From positions 96,001 through 160,000 of the forward strand of contig CAXXNO010000006.1 of NCBI GenBank assembly GCA_963663235.2: a stretch of 64,000 nucleotides of DNA, in the 5' to 3' direction. Source of the DNA: Dehalococcoidia bacterium. GTDB taxonomy: Bacteria > Chloroflexota > Dehalococcoidia > Bin125. Numbering within the stretch: position 1 is the stretch's first letter; each line of letters opens with the position of its first letter. Positions 9,691-21,587 of the stretch are shown piece by piece. A program made the translations under genes and the position numbers. The notes beneath the pieces were generated by a model. It did no database searches and had not been told where the DNA came from. It saw only the letters and a list, made by a program, of their open reading frames with translations.

Positions 9691-10002
9691 GCTCGTACCT
9701 CCGTCTCGATTATAGGCGAGCGCCGATGCCGTCTCCGGCGACCAGAGTGCCGGGCAATCGTTGGCCGGCGCCTCTCTCTGGATCTGGCCGTTGGATCCGG
9801 CCGCCGGCCCGGCGGCCCGTAGGCCCGACGCCCCCAAGTCTGATGGCGAGCATCGCGCTGGCGAAGGTGCAGCCGTCCTCTCGGCGGTGGGCCGAATGAC
9901 TCATATCGCGTCGAGCAGTCGCGGCCTCAGGCGTCGAGGGATCCAGCGTCGTCAAGTGGCGGACCTGTAGACTGATGCGGGAGTCCGCTGGAGGCGTCAG
10001 GC

Positions 10003-10767
10003 ATGCCCCCGTTGGTCACGCACATGGTGGCGGCGCGTCGCGCGGCGGCGCAGGTCGACGGCGGCGCCGGCACCGGCCCCGGCGACTGGGGCGCATACCT
10101 GCTGGGCGCCACGTCACCAGACGTCCGTATGTTGACCAAGTGGGATCGGTCGCAGACCCATTTCTTCGACCTGGACAACTTCGAGCACCAAGATAGCGTG
10201 GCGCAATTCTTCGCGGCCCAGCCGCAACTGCGCGACGCCGGGGACCTGAATCCAGCGACCCGCGCGTGGGCGTGCGGATTCCTCACGCACCTCATCATGG
10301 ATGAGCGCTATATCGACGCGATCTATCGTCCGCATTTCGGCGTGCGCTCACCGCTGGGTGGCAGCCAGCGGGCCAACTTGCTGGACCGCATTTTGCAGTA
10401 CGAGCTGGACCGACGGGAGCGTGAGGACCGCGAAGCGATGAGCGAGATGCGCGCGCAGCTGTGCGCAGCAGGCGCGGCGATCGAATGCGGGCTGATCGAC
10501 CGGCCGACGTTGCAGCAGTGGCGCGATGTGAGCATCGCCGTGACCGAGAACCCGCCCGACTGGGGGCGCTTCGCCAAGGTCGCGTCGCGGCACTTGCAGC
10601 GGGCCGGGATCGAGTCGGAGCCGGAGCTCAACGCTTTCCTCGAACAGGTGCCCCAGTTGCTGGATGAAACGATCGGCAGCGTCGGGATGGCGACCGTAGA
10701 AGCGTTCTTCGAAGAAGTAGAGGAGCGCACCGTCGCCTGCTTGCGAGAGTATCTGGGATCTCCATGA
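10003..10767 (+). CDS. Zinc-dependent phospholipase C-like protein
   Basis: N-terminal TH, YLLGATSPD, THF, GFLTHLIMD. Confidence 0.7.
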   Translation: MPPLVTHMVAARRAAAQVDGGAGTGPGDWGAYLLGATSPDVRMLTKWDRSQTHFFDLDNFEHQDSVAQFFAAQPQLRDAGDLNPATRAWACGFLTHLIMDERYIDAIYRPHFGVRSPLGGSQRANLLDRILQYELDRREREDREAMSEMRAQLCAAGAAIECGLIDRPTLQQWRDVSIAVTENPPDWGRFAKVASRHLQRAGIESEPELNAFLEQVPQLLDETIGSVGMATVEAFFEEVEERTVACLREYLGSP

Positions 10768-12101
10768 CGGCGCTCCCTATCGTCCGCGGAGCGGAGGCCG
10801 CGCGCCGTTCCGTGCTTTGCCGTCGGCCGCTAGAAGAGATCGCGCTGCCAGCGGCCGTGGCCGCCACGCTGCGACAGGTGTTCGGCCGCGACGTGAGCGC
10901 AGAGGAGGCGGTGCGACTAATCATCGACGCGGTCCGCCGGGAGGGGGACCAGGCACTGCGGCGCTTTGCGGTCGCCATCGACGGGCACGCGCCCGACACC
11001 TGGGAGACCAGCGAGGAGGAGTTCCGCGCGGCCGCCAAGGAGGTGGACCGCGAAACCATCGGCGCGATCCAGATTGCGGCCGAACGGGTGCGGCACTTCC
11101 ACGAACGGCAACTTGCGCACGCGGCGAAGTCGTTTTCGGAGGACGGGTTGGGACAGGTAGTGCGGCCCCTCCGCCGGGTGGGCTTGTACGTCCCGGGGAC
11201 GGCGGTGGTCTATCCGTCGACGGTGCTGCACACGGCGATCCCCGCGGTGGTGGCAGGCGTGGAGGAGGTGTGCATCGCGAGTCCGAGCAGCCCCGGCGGA
11301 GCGGGCGTGTCGCCGCTCAAGCTGGTAGCGGCGCAGATCGCCGGGGTTGAGATTGTCTACAAGGTCGGAGGCGCGCAAGCGATCGCGGCGCTGGCCTACG
11401 GGACGGAGTCGATACATCGAGTCGATAAGATCTTCGGGCCGGGCAACATATTCGTCACGCTGGCGAAGCGATGGGTGTTCGGCGATGTCGGCATCGAAGC
11501 GCTCTATGGACCCACCGAGGCGGTGATCGTGGCGGACGAGAGCGCCGACCCCGAGCTCTGCGCCGCCGACCTGCTGGCTCAGGCCGAGCACGACGAGTTG
11601 GCGTGTCCGATCTTGATCACGCCGTCTGAACGGCTTGCGAACGAGGTGGCACGTATCGTTCCTGAGCGTGCAAGCGTGATGGAACGCAGTGAGATCGCCC
11701 TGGCGGCGTTCGCAAACCGCGGGGGAATCGTACTGGCCGAAGATCTGGAAACCGCTCTGGCGCTGGCGAACGAGTTTGCACCGGAGCATCTTTCGCTTCA
11801 AATTGCGAACGCCGAGGAGCGGGCAGGGTCGATCCGAAACGCCGGCGGACTGTTCGTGGGGGAGGCGTCGGCGGAGGCGCTGGCGGACTACGTGGCCGGC
11901 CCGAGCCATGTCATGCCCACCGGGGGAAGCGCGCGTTACGCCTCGCCGTTGAGCGTGGGGGACTTTCTCAAGACCACCACAGTCGTCAACGTGTCCTCGG
12001 ACCTGCTGCGGGAGGTGGGGCCCGCGGCGGAACGCATGGCTCAGGCGGAGGGACTCGGGGGGCACGCGCGCTCGCTGGAGATACGCCGCAGCGATCGATA
12101 G
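10764..12101 (+). CDS. hisD: Histidinol dehydrogenase
   Basis: GLYVPG, VGGAQAIAALAYGTES, GPGN, QAEHD, APEHL, GPSHVMPTGG. Confidence 0.96.
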   Translation: MTALPIVRGAEAARRSVLCRRPLEEIALPAAVAATLRQVFGRDVSAEEAVRLIIDAVRREGDQALRRFAVAIDGHAPDTWETSEEEFRAAAKEVDRETIGAIQIAAERVRHFHERQLAHAAKSFSEDGLGQVVRPLRRVGLYVPGTAVVYPSTVLHTAIPAVVAGVEEVCIASPSSPGGAGVSPLKLVAAQIAGVEIVYKVGGAQAIAALAYGTESIHRVDKIFGPGNIFVTLAKRWVFGDVGIEALYGPTEAVIVADESADPELCAADLLAQAEHDELACPILITPSERLANEVARIVPERASVMERSEIALAAFANRGGIVLAEDLETALALANEFAPEHLSLQIANAEERAGSIRNAGGLFVGEASAEALADYVAGPSHVMPTGGSARYASPLSVGDFLKTTTVVNVSSDLLREVGPAAERMAQAEGLGGHARSLEIRRSDR

Positions 12102-12145
12102 AGTGACGGTCACCTCGCGCGTCGCATCTGCATGGATTGTGCCGA

Positions 12146-13264
<1,119 letters not shown>

Positions 13265-13336
13265 CGCGATTCCCTCCTGCCTGCGACGATGAGTGTGTCG
13301 CGAAATTGGGAGTCCCCGGCGGGGGCGGAGCAGGTC

Positions 13337-13930
13337 ATGCGCGAGAGCACCATCCACCGCACCACGCGAGAGACTGAAATCGACGTCGCGCTGAACCTCG
13401 ACGGATCGGGGCGCTACGAAGTTGAGACCGGGGTCGGGATGCTCGACCACCTGATCGAGCAACTGGCGCGTCACGGCGCCTTCGACCTGACCCTGCGAGC
13501 GACGGGAGACCTCGATCGCGACGCGCACCACACGGTGGAGGACGTCGGGCTGACGCTGGGGAAGGCGCTCGACGAAGCGCTCGGCGATCGCGCCGGAATC
13601 GCGCGGATGGCAAGCGCGCTCGTGCCGCTCGACGAAGCGCTGGTGCAGGTGGCGGTGGACCTCAGCGGCCGGGCCCACGCGGCTATCGACCTACGATTCC
13701 CCGGTGACACGATGGGGCAACTGCCGACGCAACTCGTTAGTCATCTGCTGGAGTCGATCGCGCAGGCGGGCCGGCTGACGCTGCACGTGCGCTCGCTGGC
13801 CGGCGAGAACGATCACCACATCGCCGAGGCTGCCTTCAAGGCGCTGGCTCGGGCGCTGCGGGACGCGGTGGCCCTGGATGCTCGCGCGGCGGGCACTGTG
13901 CCAAGCACCAAAGGCACGCTTACGACGTAG
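13337..13930 (+). CDS. hisB: Imidazoleglycerol-phosphate dehydratase
   Basis: RTTRET, HHTVED, NDHHIAEA, VPSTKG. Confidence 0.96.
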   Translation: MRESTIHRTTRETEIDVALNLDGSGRYEVETGVGMLDHLIEQLARHGAFDLTLRATGDLDRDAHHTVEDVGLTLGKALDEALGDRAGIARMASALVPLDEALVQVAVDLSGRAHAAIDLRFPGDTMGQLPTQLVSHLLESIAQAGRLTLHVRSLAGENDHHIAEAAFKALARALRDAVALDARAAGTVPSTKGTLTT

Positions 13931-13972
13931 GCGATTCCGCCACGGCCGCGACCGTGTAGCGGTAGTCCTCGA
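13920..13972 (-). pseudogene. Stranded alternative purS 3' end (EDYRYTVAAVAESPTS*)
   Basis: 13950-13972 matches purS 14093-14115 at 22/23; has its own TAA overlapping the hisB end. Confidence 0.75.
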
Positions 13973-14046
13973 CCTCACCCCCTGGCCCCCTTCGACAAGC
14001 TCAGGACAGGCCCTCTCCATCGGCAAGCGATGGAGAGGGGGAAGAG
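13973..14046. repeat. REP-like palindromic element
   Basis: CCTCACCCCCTGGCCCC, CCTTCGACAAGCTCAGGACAGG, CCCTCTCCATC-GGCAAGC-GATGGAGAGGG. Confidence 0.85.
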
Positions 14047-14056
14047 GCGCCGGGCG

Positions 14057-14332
14057 TTAGGTGCCGCCGGGTTTGGCCTCTTCTGCGGGGTGGACGGTGT
14101 AGCGGTAGTCCTCGATCACCGGGTTGGCGAGGAGCTTGTCGCACATGGCGTCGGCTTGGCGCTCGGCCGTGGCCTGATCGGGCGCGTCCAGCCAGATCTC
14201 GATGTACTTGCCGGCACGCAGGTCGGTCACACGGTCGAAGCCGAGGTCGGCCAGGCCCATCTTGATCGTCAGCCCTTGCGGGTCGTTGACCGTGCGCTTG
14301 AGGGTGACGAAGATGTCGGCTTTGAACTTCAT
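14057..14332 (-). CDS. purS: FGAM synthase subunit PurS
   Basis: VNDPQG, GKYIE, MCDKLLANPVIEDY. Confidence 0.95.
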   Translation of the reverse strand: MKFKADIFVTLKRTVNDPQGLTIKMGLADLGFDRVTDLRAGKYIEIWLDAPDQATAERQADAMCDKLLANPVIEDYRYTVHPAEEAKPGGT

Positions 14333-15249
14333 CGCTCTTGCGCCGGAGGGCTGAGCAACTCACGCCCGGTGATCCGTCGGAACGCCTCCCGGTAGCGATG
14401 CTGGACGTCGCTCACCACGTCGGGCGGCAACTGCGGCCCTGGAGGTTGCTTGTTCCAGCCGCTGGCCGTGAGCCAGTCGCGCAGCGGCTGCTTGTCGTAG
14501 GAGGGTTGGGGCCCGCCCGGCTTGTAGGTGTCCAGATCCCAGAATCGCGACGAATCCGGCGTCATGGCCTCATCGATGAGGATCGGCTCCGGCTCGGCGT
14601 CTTCGCCGGGAAGCAGGCCGAACTCGAACTTGGTGTCGGCGATGATGAAGCCGCGCTGCCGGGCTCGCTCTGCGCCGTAGGTGTACAGAGCGAGGGAGCG
14701 CAGCTTCACGACATTAGCGATGTGCTCTCCCACAATCGCCTCAGCCTGCTCGTAGGTGATGTTCTCGTCGTGGCCGGTTTCAGCCTTCGTCGAGGGGGTG
14801 AAGATTGGCTCGGGCAAGGGGTCGGACTCGCGCAAGCCGGGCGGAAGCGCGATGCCGCAGATTCGGCCCGTCTCCTGATACTCCAGCCAACCGCTGCCCG
14901 ACAGCGCGCCGCGGACGATGGCCTCCAGCATTACCGGTTCCGCCTTGCGCACCAGCATGGCGCGGCCGATGTACTCCGGACCCAGAGGCACAGGGATGTC
15001 CGGGTTCAGCGTGGAGTCGATGACGCGGATCATGTGGTTGGGTACGACCTGCTCCGTCATCGCGAACCAGAAGGCGGACATCTGCGTCAAGACGCGGCCC
15101 TTGTCCGGGATTCCGTTGGGCAGCACGACGTCAAAGGCCGAGATCCGGTCCGTGGTGACGATGAGGAGACGGTCGTCAAGGTCGTAGACGTCGCGGACCT
15201 TGCCCTGTCGCTTGGGCAAGGGAAGATCGGACTGCAACAAGACGTCCAC
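14329..15249 (-). CDS. purC: SAICAR synthetase
   Basis: GKVRDVY, TDRISAFD, TPSTKA, ADTKFEFG, TPDSSRFW; GTG start inferred. Confidence 0.95.
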   Translation of the reverse strand: MDVLLQSDLPLPKRQGKVRDVYDLDDRLLIVTTDRISAFDVVLPNGIPDKGRVLTQMSAFWFAMTEQVVPNHMIRVIDSTLNPDIPVPLGPEYIGRAMLVRKAEPVMLEAIVRGALSGSGWLEYQETGRICGIALPPGLRESDPLPEPIFTPSTKAETGHDENITYEQAEAIVGEHIANVVKLRSLALYTYGAERARQRGFIIADTKFEFGLLPGEDAEPEPILIDEAMTPDSSRFWDLDTYKPGGPQPSYDKQPLRDWLTASGWNKQPPGPQLPPDVVSDVQHRYREAFRRITGRELLSPPAQER

Positions 15250-15256
15250 CGGCCCT

Positions 15257-16549
15257 CTAGATCCCCAAGCGCTTGAACGTCGCGTCGATGTGGCGGAGGT
15301 AGTAATTGGGGTTGAAGCACTCGCGCAGATCATCCTCGGAGATGGCCTGCTGGATCTTGGGGTCGACGAGTATGAGGTCGAAGAAGGGGGTCGTGGTCTT
15401 CCAGGCGGTCATGGCGTGCTGCTGGACGATGCCGTAGGCCTCATCCCTGGGCATTCCCGCCTCCACCAAAGCCAGCATCACTCGTTGCGAGTACACCAGC
15501 CCGCCCGTGCTCTCCAGATTCTCGCGCATCCGGTCTGGATAGATTGCGAGCCGTTCCATAATCCAGGCGAAGAGGTCCAGCATGTAGTCCAGCAGGATGC
15601 AGGCATCGGGGAGGATGATCCGCTCGCTGCTGGAGTGGCTGATGTCACGCTCGTGCCAGAGGGCCACGTTCTCCAACGCGCTAGTGCTGTAGCCGCGCAG
15701 CACCCGGGCCAAGCCGCAGATCCGTTCGCATTTCTCCGGGTTGCGCTTGTGGGGCATGGCCGATGAGCCGGTCTGGCCCGGAAGGAATGGCTCCTCCACC
15801 TCGCGCACCTCGGTGCGCTGAAGGTGCCGGATCTCCAGCGCGAACTTCTCCAGCGATGCGCCGATCAATGCCAACGTACTCACGAACTGCGCATGCCGGT
15901 CGCGCTGGACGATCTGGTTCGAGGCCGCCTCCGGCGTCAGCTCCAACTCCGCGCAGACCCGCTCCTCGACGGAGGGCGGCACGGTCGCGTGCGTGCCCAC
16001 GGCGCCGCTGAGCTTCCCGACGGCGATCATGCGCTTGGCTTCGGCGAGGCGCGTCTGATGGCGGCGCAGCTCATCGACCCAGACGGCGAGTTTCAGGCCC
16101 AGGGTGGTGGGCTCGGCGTGGACGCCGTGCGTTCGCCCCACCATGAGGGTTTGCTTGAAGGCCCGCGCCTGCCCGACCAGCAGCATGTGCAGGTGCGCGA
16201 GATCGGCCTCGATCAACGTGGCGGCGTCGCGGAGCTGGAGGGCCGTGGCCGTATCCCACACATCGGACGACGTCAGGCCGTGGTGGACCCAGCGTCCCTC
16301 CGGGCCGAGGTGATCGTTGACGGAGCGCAGGAATGCGGTGACGTCATGGTGGGTCTCGGCCTGGTAGCGCTCGACATCCTCAAGCTTGAAGGCGGCCTTG
16401 GCGGCGATTGCGTCGGCGTCGGCGCGGGGCACAACGCCTTCCTGCACCCAGGCGCCGACGGCCGCCACCTCCACCTGGAGCCAGAGTTCGTATTTCGCCT
16501 GGTCCGACCAGATCGCAGCCATCTCAGGCCGTGAGTAGCGGGGGATCAC
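15257..16549 (-). CDS. purB: Adenylosuccinate lyase
   Basis: MIPRY, GRTHGVHAEP, SSAMPHKRNP. Confidence 0.97.
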   Translation of the reverse strand: MIPRYSRPEMAAIWSDQAKYELWLQVEVAAVGAWVQEGVVPRADADAIAAKAAFKLEDVERYQAETHHDVTAFLRSVNDHLGPEGRWVHHGLTSSDVWDTATALQLRDAATLIEADLAHLHMLLVGQARAFKQTLMVGRTHGVHAEPTTLGLKLAVWVDELRRHQTRLAEAKRMIAVGKLSGAVGTHATVPPSVEERVCAELELTPEAASNQIVQRDRHAQFVSTLALIGASLEKFALEIRHLQRTEVREVEEPFLPGQTGSSAMPHKRNPEKCERICGLARVLRGYSTSALENVALWHERDISHSSSERIILPDACILLDYMLDLFAWIMERLAIYPDRMRENLESTGGLVYSQRVMLALVEAGMPRDEAYGIVQQHAMTAWKTTTPFFDLILVDPKIQQAISEDDLRECFNPNYYLRHIDATFKRLGI

Positions 16550-16586
16550 GCGCGAACCTCCAGCAGGAACCGCCGCGCCCGGAAGG

Positions 16587-16937
16587 TCATCGGTCTAGGT
16601 ACTCCTCCCGGACCGGCGAAAAGATGTCAACGGCGATGGAGTCCTCCAGCGCCGTCACCTTGTGTGGCACGCCGCCGGGGATCAACCAAGAATCGCCGGG
16701 CTCGAGCTCGCGACGCAACCCGGGCATCTCAAAGAGCAGCCTCCCGGAGACCAAGTAGCCGGTCTGCTCGTGCGGGTGGTCGTGCTCCGGGACCACGCCA
16801 CCCTTCAGCAGCGTAACTTCGGAGAGCGTTGTGCGGTCGCCGCTGTTCAGCGTGCGGCGCGTGACGCGATCCACCATCTGGACCGCGCGGACGGCATCAT
16901 GGGCTTGCAGGGTCGCTTTGGCCACAGCATCCTCCAA
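16587..16937 (-). CDS. Cupin domain protein
   Basis: PEHDHPHEQ, PGDSWLIPGGVPH, DIFSPVREEY. Confidence 0.85.
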   Translation of the reverse strand: MEDAVAKATLQAHDAVRAVQMVDRVTRRTLNSGDRTTLSEVTLLKGGVVPEHDHPHEQTGYLVSGRLLFEMPGLRRELEPGDSWLIPGGVPHKVTALEDSIAVDIFSPVREEYLDR

Positions 16938-17402
16938 TCAGCCACCGCCGGACTGGCGGCGGCGAAATTGCGCGTAGCGCTCGCGGATCGATTCGTGATG
17001 GAGGGCCAAGATCTCCACGGCGAGATAGGCGGCGTTGCGGGCGCCCCATGAGCCGACCGAGACGGTGGCGACCGGGACGCCCGGCGGCATCTGCACCATG
17101 CTGAGCAGCGCATCCATGCCGCGGAGGTCACTCGATGAGAGGGGCACGCCGATGACCGGCAGCGGTGAGTGCGACTTCACCGCACCGGGGAGGGCCGCGG
17201 CCCCGCCGGCCGCGGCAATGATCACCTCGTAGCCCCGCTCGACCGCCGTGGACGCGAATTCGCGGAGCGCATCCGGTGCGCGGTGCGCGGAGAGCACGTG
17301 GGTGCTGTGCTCGACGCCGAAGTCGTCCAGGATCTCGGAGGTTTTTTCCATCACCGCCCGGTCCGACTCGCTGCCCATGAGGATGGCGACCAGCGGCGGC
17401 AT
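16938..17402 (-). CDS. purE: N5-CAIR mutase
   Basis: [30 protein letters not shown]. Confidence 0.95.
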   Translation of the reverse strand: MPPLVAILMGSESDRAVMEKTSEILDDFGVEHSTHVLSAHRAPDALREFASTAVERGYEVIIAAAGGAAALPGAVKSHSPLPVIGVPLSSSDLRGMDALLSMVQMPPGVPVATVSVGSWGARNAAYLAVEILALHHESIRERYAQFRRRQSGGG

Positions 17403-17420
17403 GATGACGCTCCGGTGGCC

Positions 17421-18680
17421 CTACAGCTCGCGCAGGGCGATGTCTTGGCGGAAACTCCGGCCCTGGAACTGGATGCGCTCCGCGTTGGCGTAAGCGCGCT
17501 CACGGGCCTCGGCCAGGGTCGGAGCTTGGGCGACAACGGTCAAGACACGGCCGCCGTCGGTGATGACTGTGCCGTCCGCATCCTTCTTCGTGCCCGCGTG
17601 AAAGACGTTCACATCGGCGTCCACCGAGTCGAGGCCGGCGATCCGCTTGCCGGTCTCGTATTCGCCCGGGTAGCCGCCGCTCGCGAGCACCACGCCAACG
17701 GTGGCGTCGTCTCGCCACTCGACGTGTTGCTGGTCCAGGCGGCCATCGACGCACGCATCGAGGACGTCCAGGAGGTCGCTCTTGAGGCGGGGGAGCACCA
17801 CCTGCGTCTCCGGGTCTCCGAGGCGGCAGTTGAACTCCAGAACCGAGACGGAGCCTTCCGCGACCATCAACCCTGCGTAGAGCACTCCACGGAAGCGGCG
17901 ACCCCCCTTGCTCAGCGCCGCCACGGCCGGCGCATGCACCGAGGAGAAGATGGCCGGTGCGGCGTTCGCCGGCATGAAGCCGGGCGGGGTGTAGGCGCCC
18001 ATGCCGCCGGTGTTGGCTCCACGGTCACCGTCCTCCGCGCGCTTGTAGTCGCAGGAGAGCGGCATCGGGGCGATGTGTTCGCCGTCGACGAAGGCCATCG
18101 CGCTGGCTTCGAGGCCGCAGAGCCGCTCCTCGATCAGCACGGTTTCCGAGGCGGCGCCGAACCGGCCGCCCAGCATAGCCGCCACGGCCGCGTGCGCCTC
18201 CTCCGCCGTCGCCGGGACGACCACGCCCTTTCCAGCCGCGAGCCCGTCGGCTTTGATGACCGGTGGACGGTCAAACGAATCGACATAGGCGTGCGCCTCG
18301 GTGGCGATGCAGAACGCGGCGCCGGGCGCGTGCGCCACTCCGGCAGACGTCATCAACGACTTGGCGAAGCGCTTGGACGCTTCGATCTCGGCGGCGGCGC
18401 GGCTCGGTCCGAAGGCCGGGATGTCGCGCGCCTCGAGCGCATCGACCAGGCCGGCGGCGAGGGGCACTTCCGGCCCTACGACGACGAGGTCAATGCGATG
18501 CGAGATAGCCGCCGAGACGACGGCGCTTTGGTCTTGGACTTGGAGCGGCAGGTTCACTCCGAGGAGTCCGGTGCCGGCGTTGCCGGGAGCGCAGTAGAGC
18601 TGCTCCAGCCGGGGGCTTTGCGAGAGCGTCCAGGCGATGGCGTGCTCGCGGCCGCCAGCGCCAATCAGGAGGACCCTCAT
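17421..18680 (-). CDS. purD: Phosphoribosylamine-glycine ligase
   Basis: GGREHA, KADGLAAGKGV, NTGGMGAY, EFNCRLGDPE. Confidence 0.97.
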   Translation of the reverse strand: MRVLLIGAGGREHAIAWTLSQSPRLEQLYCAPGNAGTGLLGVNLPLQVQDQSAVVSAAISHRIDLVVVGPEVPLAAGLVDALEARDIPAFGPSRAAAEIEASKRFAKSLMTSAGVAHAPGAAFCIATEAHAYVDSFDRPPVIKADGLAAGKGVVVPATAEEAHAAVAAMLGGRFGAASETVLIEERLCGLEASAMAFVDGEHIAPMPLSCDYKRAEDGDRGANTGGMGAYTPPGFMPANAAPAIFSSVHAPAVAALSKGGRRFRGVLYAGLMVAEGSVSVLEFNCRLGDPETQVVLPRLKSDLLDVLDACVDGRLDQQHVEWRDDATVGVVLASGGYPGEYETGKRIAGLDSVDADVNVFHAGTKKDADGTVITDGGRVLTVVAQAPTLAEARERAYANAERIQFQGRSFRQDIALREL

Positions 18681-19117
18681 GGGCGTGCGTCCGTGGCTGC
18701 GGCTTCGATCCGCGGCGGGATCTTGCGGAGGTCGCCCTCGATCACGACCGGATCCATGGCGTCCATCTCGCTGGCGTAGGGCATCTCGGGTACATGGTGC
18801 ATGAGATAGATCGGCAAGCCGAGGATATGGGCGAAGCCCATCTCCAGGAAGGAGTTCCCGCCGATGTAGTGCTCGATCTCCTTGGCCGTCTCGTTGAGGA
18901 CAAGGATCGCGTCGGACTTTTGAATCTTGCGCCAGTGTTCGCGGATGAGATCGAAGTTGCGCTTCAGCTCCGCGCGTTCGGCGGTGGTGGCCTGCTGGTA
19001 GTCGAACTCCTCGACTTCCACCGGCACGAGGACCGTGTGGCCTAGTTTTTCAAGGTCGCGCTGGACCTCTCGGATGCGGCGAGCGAGCGTCATGCTGGCG
19101 CAGATGGTGATGATCAT
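18677..19117 (-). CDS. Hypothetical protein, nucleoside 2-deoxyribosyltransferase-like fold
   Basis: ITICASM, KIQKSDAILVLN, YIGGNSFLEMGFA. Confidence 0.6.
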   Translation of the reverse strand: MIITICASMTLARRIREVQRDLEKLGHTVLVPVEVEEFDYQQATTAERAELKRNFDLIREHWRKIQKSDAILVLNETAKEIEHYIGGNSFLEMGFAHILGLPIYLMHHVPEMPYASEMDAMDPVVIEGDLRKIPPRIEAAATDARP

Positions 19118-19138
19118 GGCGCGGTTCCCCTCGCCCCC

Positions 19139-20806
19139 TTACTCCCACTCGATGGTGCCGGGGGGCTTGGAGGTAATGTCCAGCACGACGCGATTTACCT
19201 GTGGCACCTCATTGACGATCCGGTTGGCGATGCGCGCAAGCACGTCATACGGGAGACGGGCCCAGTCCGCCGTCATTGCGTCCTCGGCGGTGACGGCTCG
19301 CAGCGCGACCACGTAGCCGTACGTCCGCACATCGCCCTGGACCCCTACCGAGCGGGTGTCCGTCAAGATTGCAAACGACTGCCAGAGCTCGTTGTACAAG
19401 CCGGCGGCCTTGATCTCGTCCATCACGACCCAGTCGGCGCCGCGAAGGATATCGAGCTTCTCACGGGTCACCTCGCCGATGATGCGGATGGCCAGACCCG
19501 GCCCTGGGAAAGGCTGGCGGTTCACGATCTCGTCCGGCAGCCCCAGCGCCTGACCGACGCGCCGCACTTCATCCTTGAAGAGGTAGCGCAGCGGCTCGAT
19601 CAAGCGGAACGCCATCTTCTCCGGCAGCCCTCCGACGTTGTGGTGCGTCTTGATGGTGGCCGTCACGGCCCCATCCGGCCCGCTCTCCACCACGTCCGGA
19701 TAGGTGGTCCCTTGGACCATGGAGCCGACGGAGCCCAGGTCTCGCGCGACTTCCTCGAACACGGCGATAAACGTCTCACCCACTCGCTTGCGCTTGGTCT
19801 CTGGGTCGGTGACGCCCGTGAGCGCTGTGAGGAAACGATCGCCGGCGTCGACGTGACGGAGATCGATCTGAAGGTGCCGGCGGAAAGTGTTGACCACCCG
19901 CTCCGGTTCCTCACGGCGCATGAGCCCGTTGTCCACGAAGATGCAGGTCAGTTTTTGGCCCACGGCGCGGTGCACGAGCGCGGCCGCCACCGCCGAATCC
20001 ACGCCGCCGCTGAGCGCGCAGATCACGCGCTCATCCCCCACCTGGTCCCGGATCAGGCGCAGGCTCTGGTCGATGACGTTGCCCGCAGTCCAGTCACCAC
20101 GGCACTCACAGACGCCGCGGACGAAGTTCTCCAGCAGGCGTGCGCCGTCGCGGGTGTGTACCACCTCGGGATGAAACTGGAGGCCGTAGATACTCGCGTC
20201 GTTGCCGATCACGGCTACGGGCGACGATTCACTGGACGCCAGCGCGCGAAAGCCGGGAGGCAGCTCCGCGATACGGTCGGCGTGGCTCATCCACACGGGT
20301 AGCGCATCCGGCAGGCCATCGAACAGGGCGGAATCCGGCTCGCTGCGGTGGATCACCGCATGGCCGAACTCGCGCGCCGGTGCGGGCACCACTCGACCAC
20401 CCAGTTGATCGACGATGAGTTGCATGCCGTAGCAGATCCCCAACACGGGCAGCCCGCTCTCGTAGATGTAGGCCGGGGCTCGTGGGGCGTTGTCCGCGTA
20501 GACGGAAGCGGGACCGCCCGAAAGGATGAAGCCCTTTGGGTTTAGCGCTTCGATTTGGTCCCAGGTCGCGGTATGAGGGACGAGCTCGCAGTAGACATCG
20601 AGCTCGCGGATGCGACGAGCGATCAGCATGCTGGTTTGCGAGCCGAAGTCGAGGATGACGATCGTCTCGCGCGCCGGCTGGGGCGGCTCGCCCGGTGCGG
20701 GGCGATCGGCCTGCTTGCCGCGGGCACGCTCCAGATACCCGGAGACTTCCAGGTCGTCAGTAGTGCGGATGCGGGGCGCGGGCGTGGTAGTACGGGACTG
20801 CGCCAA
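19139..20806 (-). CDS. guaA: GMP synthase (glutamine-hydrolysing)
   Basis: [42 protein letters not shown]. Confidence 0.97.
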   Translation of the reverse strand: MAQSRTTTPAPRIRTTDDLEVSGYLERARGKQADRPAPGEPPQPARETIVILDFGSQTSMLIARRIRELDVYCELVPHTATWDQIEALNPKGFILSGGPASVYADNAPRAPAYIYESGLPVLGICYGMQLIVDQLGGRVVPAPAREFGHAVIHRSEPDSALFDGLPDALPVWMSHADRIAELPPGFRALASSESSPVAVIGNDASIYGLQFHPEVVHTRDGARLLENFVRGVCECRGDWTAGNVIDQSLRLIRDQVGDERVICALSGGVDSAVAAALVHRAVGQKLTCIFVDNGLMRREEPERVVNTFRRHLQIDLRHVDAGDRFLTALTGVTDPETKRKRVGETFIAVFEEVARDLGSVGSMVQGTTYPDVVESGPDGAVTATIKTHHNVGGLPEKMAFRLIEPLRYLFKDEVRRVGQALGLPDEIVNRQPFPGPGLAIRIIGEVTREKLDILRGADWVVMDEIKAAGLYNELWQSFAILTDTRSVGVQGDVRTYGYVVALRAVTAEDAMTADWARLPYDVLARIANRIVNEVPQVNRVVLDITSKPPGTIEWE

Positions 20807-20890
20807 TGCGCCTCTTGCCTCCAGTAGAATGCACGGTATCGCAGGCGTATACTCGGGTCAAGAACACTTGTCCTAACAGGACGATCCGAC

Positions 20891-21535
20891 GTGGCGAGCG
20901 TACAGATGCAAGCGGAACCGGAAGCGATTGAGCAAGCAGCGCGAGTGTTGCGGGAGGGCGGCATCGTTGCCGTCCCCACGGACACGCAGTACGGTCTCGC
21001 CGCCTTGGCCAGCCACGGCGCCGCTATCATGCGGCTGTTTGCCCTTAAACACCGCTCCGACGACCAAGCGCTACCAATCTTCATCCCGGACCAAAGCTGG
21101 CTCGACACCGTTGCCACTCATGTGAGTGAGGATGTGCGGTCTCTTGTCGACACGATCTGGCCGGGCGGCCTCACGCTGGTGTTGCGACGGAACGCAGACT
21201 GGCACTCTCTGGCCGTGCCGGGTGAGAGCGTGGCGGTACGTATCCCCGATCACCCGATGGCGCGAGCGCTGCTGACAGCGGTGGCAGAGCCCATCACGGG
21301 GACGAGCGCGAACCGTCATGGGCGCCCCGCGGCGGCGACGCCCGAGGCCGTTGTGGAAACGTTCGGCGACGAAGTGGAAATCTTGCCGCCGGGGGACGTG
21401 ACACCGCGAGGCCAGCCGTCGACTATCCTCGACTGCACGGGTGTCGAGCCGCAGATCGTGCGCGGAGGCATCGTGGGCGAGGAGCAGATCCGAGCCATTC
21501 TCGCCGGGGATCCACGGGTCCGGAACGGCGCGTAA
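20891..21535 (+). CDS. tsaC: Threonylcarbamoyl-AMP synthase (YrdC/Sua5 domain)
   Basis: PTDTQYGL, WPGGLTLV, AVRIPDHP, GTSAN, PSTILD. Confidence 0.9.
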   Translation: MASVQMQAEPEAIEQAARVLREGGIVAVPTDTQYGLAALASHGAAIMRLFALKHRSDDQALPIFIPDQSWLDTVATHVSEDVRSLVDTIWPGGLTLVLRRNADWHSLAVPGESVAVRIPDHPMARALLTAVAEPITGTSANRHGRPAAATPEAVVETFGDEVEILPPGDVTPRGQPSTILDCTGVEPQIVRGGIVGEEQIRAILAGDPRVRNGA

Positions 21536-21587
21536 CGCGCAGGGCGTCGCCGCACGTGGCGCGCCTGGGGCCTAGAGGGGGGCCACG

